Shown here: in pieces, positions 59,501 through 64,000 of the stretch
Position numbering within the stretch: position 1 is the first letter of the stretch
Layout of the letters: the number at the start of each line of letters is the position of its first letter
IMG/VR virus record: IMGVR_UViG_3300032282_004772
DNA length: 64,000 nucleotides
Direction: 5' to 3' (one strand)
Origin: a virus
The notes under the pieces: generated by a model
Database searches by the model: none
Told to the model about the DNA's origin: nothing
The model's input: the letters and a program-made list of their open reading frames with translations, nothing else
Made by a program: the position numbers and the translations under genes

Positions 59501-61209
59501 GTTTAGACTCAAACGGTAAAATACTTTTAGGAGGTGGATTTCAGTATGTGTATAACCCAAAAGAAGATAGTAATTATGAAATAACAAGTATTATTAGATT
59601 AAATTCTGATGGTAGTCTTGATACCGATTTTAGTTTTGGAGCGGGGTTATACAATGATGAGTTTGAAACTTTTGTAACAAGAATAGTAAAAGACAATAAT
59701 GGTAAAATCTTAGTTTCAGGAGCGTTTAATTATTATAATGGTGACTATGTGGGATTTGGTCTTGTAAGGATAAACCCAGATGGAACTTGGGATGATAGTT
59801 TATCTATCGGAAATGGATTTAACTATCAACCTGTATATTCTGTAGTAGTCCAACCTGATGATAAAATTATTGCGGGAGGGTTCTTTAGTTATTATGCGGC
59901 TTATGACGGATATAACGCACCATATATATTTAGATTGAATAATGATGGTACCCCTGATTTAACGTTTTTCCCTGTTAAATTTGGGTCTGGTTTTAATGAC
60001 CCAGTAACAACTTTAAACACATCAAAAGACGGTGAATTAATTGTTGGTGGATTTTTTACTTCTTATTTGTGGTTTGCGTTTGGAAGTGACGGAGCGGTTG
60101 TGAAATTATTCATAGCAAATGATTATGATTCTTATGATTTTAACACATGTTCAACATCTGAATCTTCTTTAATTTATTTACCAAGTAGTGTAAACACATC
60201 AGATGATTTTTTAAAAGGTAATGTCAATAATTCTCCTTCAGTTTGCGGACAATATGGTAATGTTGTTTCAGGTTCAAGTGTTGAATCAGGTAGCAATTAT
60301 TTTAGTGGTGATGATTATTTAGTTGTTTCCGACTCAACAGATGAAGACTTTTTATTAGCAGATGAAGATTTTACAATAGAATGGTATCAAAACTATAATT
60401 ATGATGGACAAAGTCCTATTGTATTCTCAAAAGGTGTTGAGAATGATGTTGACATTATGTTTTCAATAGAAAATGGTAATAGGATATATCTTTGGATTAA
60501 AAATTATTATTATGATTTTGGTTATTTTTATGGTTTAGATTATTGGAATCATTTTGCAATAACCAGAAACAATAATATTATAAGATTATTTAAAAATGGA
60601 ACTGAATTGAAAGCTATTGGTTCAAGTAACGATAATTTTTGGGCAGGACAAGATATATTATTCCAAGGAAGTTTAGTAAGCACGGGTTATCCTCTCATAA
60701 TCGGTAATGCAGGTTCTTCAAGTAGTAATAGACAATATTATGGTGCGATAACAAACTTTAGATGGATTAAAGGAACTTGTTTATATGACGCTAATTTTGA
60801 TGTTTCTACCTCACCTTTGAAAAACTTACCTAATACAAAATTATTATTACTTTCTAAAAATGAAACAGATTTATTGTTAGACTCTAGTTCAGAAAATAAA
60901 ACAGTTACCCAAGGAGGTTCAGGACCTACTGATTGGAGTGATGATTCTCCTTTTGTAGGAGGTAATGCTCTCTACTCTTTATTTAATTCTGATGCGACAA
61001 TAACATATTCATCTTGTAATTCATGTTCAGAAACTGAATATTTAAACGTTACAACATTCGCATTTAATGGAGTTAAATCTGTGGTTGAATCAACCCAAAT
61101 GAAATGGTCTACAATACAAAATGTATTACTTAATGGACCGTATTTTAACACCACAATGGCAGGTGAAGTAAGTCCATATATTTATGGAATAATGAATTAT
61201 TACAGATAA
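56578..61209 (+). CDS. Large putative receptor-binding/appendage protein: two blocks of delta-60-type beta-propeller repeats plus C-terminal LamG-like domain
   Basis: About 14 Q.DGKIL(V/L)GG.F...(I/L)RLN.DG..D repeats; DFTIEW, WNHFA..R, F.NG, G.I.NFR motifs. Confidence 0.8.
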   Translation: MGNLKKDSNNFWSGKTKSFIETIFGGKTIEEIKSMSIEDRKSLLIKKETPTTGHTSSMSGRTSFDVPKRMSNDKHRSVSLSGKTTSNVKPKSAPEPLRIKPSNLKKEAHEYRKSTPTKYSGSTSNNIKSLNTLSFNNNINSNPNSVAGTVDYSFPAGVNFIGSIYGFDGEVYAIEIQKDGKILVGGDFGTYYSYDYPEGYSAAYLIRLNSDGTVDDTFSTGNINGDVFTIAIQPDGKILLGGNFGYYDGLNPNNIIRINPDGSPDYSFVYGSGFNAPVNVITLQSDGKILVGGIFGQYNSNTAYYLIRLNSNGSIDNSFVYGNDVVSFNGAVNDIKVQSDGKILVVGEFSTYAENSSNYIIRLNSDGTRDTTFVIGTGFSNIVYSIDLQSDGKIIVGGDFYDYGYYNGNLCNSIVRLNTDGSLDSTFGYGVYGGVYKVKVQSDDKILIGGYFYDYYPYFNDWTSFNVDKLIRFNPDTTFDYNFYYKDIINYDTYAINLQSDGKILVGGSFYNDGDASTYPLNRFGRLNNTISLYKYVYSILSDCYENPKTYSMGSNTLLTEDDYYNECVVSATELGGASNTITGYIILDGDNPLFTKSKPDCEFVKKYNSCSESILDNYKYVVAYSLLENEWDYFTVDSRYEVGDIFFINEKFEADEFEVRSCFRITEIITNDYGNYYQPIKYIPYKTCEECVRANGVPYRLYSYTNDSTQKVISYQYFNYDGYVNDFFVKTSFLLTPSSYDYINFVSDSPAFPNMYEYGLVPKIYSTVSIDSNNNFFGTAAELMSKKGSGEYDYRFNPYYGSYQGFNDYVFSTYELKNGQILVGGTFDYYNNEPLNSYGIAKLNVDGLLDNKFQPNLFGVNSIYTFAEQSDGKILIGGNFEGAGNLESYYLVRVDKNGILDSEFTNNIMKDGGLDGSVHKIVILPSGKILLAGEFYQLGNEVVYGFVMLNSDGTINQKFLQTKVQPDWYSYEICLDSNGKILLGGGFQYVYNPKEDSNYEITSIIRLNSDGSLDTDFSFGAGLYNDEFETFVTRIVKDNNGKILVSGAFNYYNGDYVGFGLVRINPDGTWDDSLSIGNGFNYQPVYSVVVQPDDKIIAGGFFSYYAAYDGYNAPYIFRLNNDGTPDLTFFPVKFGSGFNDPVTTLNTSKDGELIVGGFFTSYLWFAFGSDGAVVKLFIANDYDSYDFNTCSTSESSLIYLPSSVNTSDDFLKGNVNNSPSVCGQYGNVVSGSSVESGSNYFSGDDYLVVSDSTDEDFLLADEDFTIEWYQNYNYDGQSPIVFSKGVENDVDIMFSIENGNRIYLWIKNYYYDFGYFYGLDYWNHFAITRNNNIIRLFKNGTELKAIGSSNDNFWAGQDILFQGSLVSTGYPLIIGNAGSSSSNRQYYGAITNFRWIKGTCLYDANFDVSTSPLKNLPNTKLLLLSKNETDLLLDSSSENKTVTQGGSGPTDWSDDSPFVGGNALYSLFNSDATITYSSCNSCSETEYLNVTTFAFNGVKSVVESTQMKWSTIQNVLLNGPYFNTTMAGEVSPYIYGIMNYYR

Positions 61210-61234
61210 ACAAATTAAAAAAAAAAATAATACA

Positions 61235-61459
61235 ATGATACCAAATAACTTATTCCCCAATTTAGCAAGAGGTTTAGCCCCGTTATCGGCAGGAACCTTT
61301 GTATCTTACATTTGTGTTGTATGTCAATTACCTGATGGTTCTTGGGAAGCAGTACAAGCACAAGACACTCCTCATCCTGTTTATACAAATGGGTTAGGAA
61401 AAGATATAGTTCAAACACAAATGGTAACAATCGGAGGGATTGACGGATTAAATAATTAA
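61235..61459 (+). CDS. Small hypothetical protein with CxxC
   Basis: 74 aa; CVVC, PHPVYT, GG..GLNN. Confidence 0.6.
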   Translation: MIPNNLFPNLARGLAPLSAGTFVSYICVVCQLPDGSWEAVQAQDTPHPVYTNGLGKDIVQTQMVTIGGIDGLNN

Positions 61460-61463
61460 AGAT

Positions 61464-61913
61464 ATGAAAAAGATAGTAAAACTTACAGAAAGAGATATTA
61501 ACGTTATCTTAAATAAAGTTATCCAAGAACAAAAAACCGACCGATATATGTTCTTTTCTAATTTAGAACAAATTAAAAGACAATGTGATTTGTTGTTAGA
61601 AATGGATGAGGAAGCTATACATAATGTTTTAGAAAATGGGCATGATTGGGCTCAAGACCATATTGCAACGGCCAAAGAATCAATTGACCAAGTTTTTGAT
61701 TTTTTAATGAATGAATCAAAAACTGATTATGATATGATGAGTGAAGGTAAAAAGAAATCAGGAACAAAACTATGTTCAAGAGGTAAGGCGGCAGCAAAGG
61801 CTAAATTTAAAGTCTATCCAAGTGCATACGCTAATGGATATGCGGTACAAGTATGTAAAGGTCGGATGCCAGGTTCTGATGGGGAAAAAAGATGTTCACC
61901 ACCTTATTGTTAA
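61464..61913 (+). CDS. Two-module protein with MKKIVKLTE leader and basic Cys-containing PSAYANG domain
   Basis: Translation. Confidence 0.65.
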   Translation: MKKIVKLTERDINVILNKVIQEQKTDRYMFFSNLEQIKRQCDLLLEMDEEAIHNVLENGHDWAQDHIATAKESIDQVFDFLMNESKTDYDMMSEGKKKSGTKLCSRGKAAAKAKFKVYPSAYANGYAVQVCKGRMPGSDGEKRCSPPYC

Positions 61914-61920
61914 AAAACAA

Positions 61921-61944
61921 AAAACCCCTCATAAGAGGGGTTTT
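61921..61944. terminator. Bidirectional intrinsic terminator
   Basis: AAAACCCCTC-ATAA-GAGGGGTTTT between convergent genes. Confidence 0.85.
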
Positions 61945-61947
61945 TAA

Positions 61948-62397
61948 TTACTTACTTTCTTCGTTTACTTCTTCGTCTATGGATAAAAGTTCCAATTCAA
62001 AAGTCAAATTTTTACCTGCCATAGGATGATTGTGGTCAAGTTTAGCCGTCTCTTCTCCAATTTCCAATACTTTTACCAAAAACATTCCTTGAGGTCCCGA
62101 ACCTTGTAACGTCTGACCTACTTCAAGGTCAGCTGGTAGTTGTGATTTAGGTACGTCAACAATCGCTTCAGGATTAATTTCTCCGTATCCTTCAGATGGA
62201 TTAAGAGTGATTGTCTTTTTTTCTCCTACGGACATATCAATTAATCCGTTTTCAAAACCTTTAATTAATTGTCCTTTACCTAAAGTTGCCTTTAATGGTT
62301 CTCTACCTTCGTTTAAAGAACTATCGAAAACTGTTCCGTCTTCAAATTTACCTGTGTAGTGAACAGATATTGTATCACCGTTTTTAACTTTGCTCAT
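61948..62397 (-). CDS. FKBP-type peptidyl-prolyl isomerase (SlyD/FkpB-like, no His-rich tail)
   Basis: VHYTG...DG.VFDSS, G..I.GFE..L, P...YG, D.NHP.AG..L.F. Confidence 0.93.
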   Translation of the reverse strand: MSKVKNGDTISVHYTGKFEDGTVFDSSLNEGREPLKATLGKGQLIKGFENGLIDMSVGEKKTITLNPSEGYGEINPEAIVDVPKSQLPADLEVGQTLQGSGPQGMFLVKVLEIGEETAKLDHNHPMAGKNLTFELELLSIDEEVNEESK

Positions 62398-62415
62398 TTT
62401 TTATTTGTTTTGATT

Positions 62416-62447
62416 AAAAGATACCAATATATTTTATTAATATCAAT
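62416..62447 (-). promoter_or_regulatory. Bacteroidota-like promoter variant for the FKBP gene (ATTG-N20-TATCTTTT)
   Basis: Correct spacing, one mismatch per element. Confidence 0.45.
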
Positions 62448-62475
62448 ACATCATAAAAAAAATTTTTTAATAAAG

Positions 62476-62507
62476 TTTGTATTAATTATGAATTAATCTT
62501 ATCTTTG
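62476..62507 (+). promoter_or_regulatory. Canonical Bacteroidota housekeeping promoter TTTG-N20-TATCTTTG
   Basis: TTTG at 62476-62479, TATCTTTG at 62500-62507, ATG at 62529. Confidence 0.75.
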
Positions 62508-62528
62508 TCAAAACAAAAAAAAATAAAT

Positions 62529-62942
62529 ATGAGTTTATTTAAAAACCTAACGTCTAAAAGAATACCCGTTTTATTTCGTAAATTCAAAAATAGATTGGCA
62601 AAAAAGATTGATGATGCCAAAAATTTAGATGAGATTCAAATACAAACTATTAAAAACATTAGGATTATGATGTCAAAAAAAGATGCAATCCTATTAATCG
62701 CTCCAATTTCAGGAGTTTGTCATATTGAATGGGAACACTATTTTGTTAAGATTGGAGATTCTTCAATCACCATAACCAACGGTAAATTTTCATATTATAT
62801 ATGGTTACCAGTTACTTCTATGACATACCTAAAAGATATGTTCTACAGACAAGTAGAACACCGTAGGAAGACGCTTGAGTCTAAGTATGATGAATCTACC
62901 TTAAGTAACCTAAAATCGATTTATACCCAACTTATGCCGTAA
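62529..62942 (+). CDS. Hypothetical protein (start more likely ATG 62529 than TTG 62505)
   Basis: The TTG at 62505 lies inside the promoter -7 element. Confidence 0.65.
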   Translation: MSLFKNLTSKRIPVLFRKFKNRLAKKIDDAKNLDEIQIQTIKNIRIMMSKKDAILLIAPISGVCHIEWEHYFVKIGDSSITITNGKFSYYIWLPVTSMTYLKDMFYRQVEHRRKTLESKYDESTLSNLKSIYTQLMP

Positions 62943-63864
62943 TATCCCTATTTGATACTACCTCAATTAAAATATCAAGTAATCTATCTTTAAACGACTC
63001 ATTCTTTTTCTTTTTTGGTTCATAATGAACCATTTTCGGAGAGTTTCCTGTTCCTGTTTTTGAATGAGTTTTTTCTGCCTTTCTTTTTTGTTGACACGCA
63101 GCTCTTTTCTGAGAGTCACTCATTTTCCCCGCAACTCCTGCTGCACGACATTTTGGATACCCTCTATCTGAAGCTTCAGGTCTTCCGCAAGGTGGATGTT
63201 TTCCATTGACTTTACGACAAATATTCACCCAAGGACCTTTTGGTTGTTTACTCCCCTTTGGTTTTTTTTTAGTTCCAAACCAAACTGCTAAATCTTCATT
63301 TAATTTATTTTTGGTCAATTTTTTTAATGTCTGTATATCCTCAATAAATTTATCTTTATACATCCCCCCACAATAAATGGTTAAAAAATCAAAAACATCT
63401 TCATCACCATTTTTTATTTTATGTAATATGTCTTTTTTTGCATCATCGACTGAAAAATATTTCCCACTTCTAAACTGAATTTTTGACGCTTTAATAATAA
63501 TTGGATAAATATCTTTAATTAACTGACCTATGTTTGCTTTGTCTGATTCAACAATTTTACCGACACCCTGATTTAAGATATCCCCATCATCATCATTTCC
63601 TGATGGATGTTTTTCAATAAATTTAGATATTTTCAATGCTTTTTTTTCAATTTTTTGTGCAGTTTTTTTAGACACATCCAACTTACCATCATAACTATCA
63701 TAAGCAAGTTCAGCGTCATTATATTTTGAAACATTGACTATAAATGGGTCTAATTCCTTCTTTTTAAATATTCTTACACCTGGAGATAATGGAACTGTAA
63801 ATCTACCTGAAGACATTCCTGCTCCTGTGGCTTCATTTATATTGTTGGGAGTTTCTATAGACAT
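62932..63864 (-). CDS. Multi-module protein with basic Cys-rich C-terminal domain
   Basis: INE/IVE/LNE sites between modules; L..WF...WV.IC...CGR...YPKC; TATAAATA (+ strand) at 63890-63897 upstream. Confidence 0.6.
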   Translation of the reverse strand: MSIETPNNINEATGAGMSSGRFTVPLSPGVRIFKKKELDPFIVNVSKYNDAELAYDSYDGKLDVSKKTAQKIEKKALKISKFIEKHPSGNDDDGDILNQGVGKIVESDKANIGQLIKDIYPIIIKASKIQFRSGKYFSVDDAKKDILHKIKNGDEDVFDFLTIYCGGMYKDKFIEDIQTLKKLTKNKLNEDLAVWFGTKKKPKGSKQPKGPWVNICRKVNGKHPPCGRPEASDRGYPKCRAAGVAGKMSDSQKRAACQQKRKAEKTHSKTGTGNSPKMVHYEPKKKKNESFKDRLLDILIEVVSNRDITA

Positions 63865-63905
63865 TTTAAAATAAAACAGTTATTTTTATTATAAATACCT
63901 TGTAA

Positions 63906-64000
63906 ATGGAAAATAATCAGTCACAAAACCCAATAGGTTCTTTATTTGATACCGTTAATTATTATAACTTAGATGATTTAGATAAGTTTATTACATCTAT
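63906..64000 (+). CDS. Hypothetical protein (partial, runs off window end)
   Basis: MENNQSQNPIGSLFDTVNYYNLDDLDKFITS, open to the edge. Confidence 0.5.
   Translation, partial: MENNQSQNPIGSLFDTVNYYNLDDLDKFITS

Noticed and set aside
2446-63209. Short antisense or alternate-frame ORFs in the track (e.g. 2446-3039, 4580-4924, 20190-20672, 29707-29964, 30514-30888, 61741-61947, 63015-63209)
   Set aside because: Fully nested in longer genes with recognisable motifs; they are shadows of codon bias or of Thr/Pro repeats
4210-63897. TATAAATA matches on the + strand as T4 late promoters
   Set aside because: They lie upstream of minus-strand genes and would point away from them; the coding-strand form is consistently TATTTAT
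1-64000. Alternative genetic code (stop codon reassignment)
   Set aside because: Standard-code ORFs tile the window densely and conserved proteins are full length
1-64000. Eukaryotic giant virus or cellular origin suggested by GT60, ubiquitin-like, SNF2 and papain genes
   Set aside because: Contractile tail genes, sigma factor, PhoH, intrinsic terminators and bacterial promoters indicate a bacteriophage
1-64000. tRNA, rRNA, integrase, transposase or diversity-generating retroelement
   Set aside because: Intergenic gaps are short and AT-rich with no cloverleaf seen; no reverse transcriptase, recombinase or template/variable repeat pair recognised

Overview
AT-rich (about 30% GC by eye), densely coding segment of a large myovirus-type (jumbo/huge) tailed phage. 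The host is most likely Bacteroidota: there is a canonical TTTG-N20-TAnnTTTG promoter, no Shine-Dalgarno sequences were seen, and it carries a Bacteroidota-type PolB-like exonuclease. The window holds the contractile tail module (baseplate protein, tape measure, tail assembly chaperone, tube, sheath, terminator and neck proteins, gp5-like spike), SNF2 helicase, family B DNA polymerase, gp55-like sigma factor, PhoH, dUTPase, an SOD fusion and an FKBP PPIase. It also holds two clusters totalling about 15 glycosyltransferase and sugar-modifying genes, and several large Cys- and Thr/Pro-rich putative virion proteins. The leading hypothesis is a phage-encoded virion protein glycosylation system. 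It combines a GT60 (Gnt1-like) initiating transferase, mucin-like (TP)n tracts, a Cys-bounded Thr-rich cassette shared by two unrelated structural proteins, and an [ST]-G-x-T motif enriched in virion proteins. Other notable items are a ubiquitin-like protein lacking the C-terminal GG, a probable +1 frameshift (UUU_CGG) in the tail assembly chaperone, and a TATTTAT late-promoter-like motif that is the reverse complement of the T4 late promoter. There are also candidate capsid-targeted polyproteins with (I/L)-x-E sites and apparent GATC avoidance. All assignments come from reading motifs by eye; no database searches were run.
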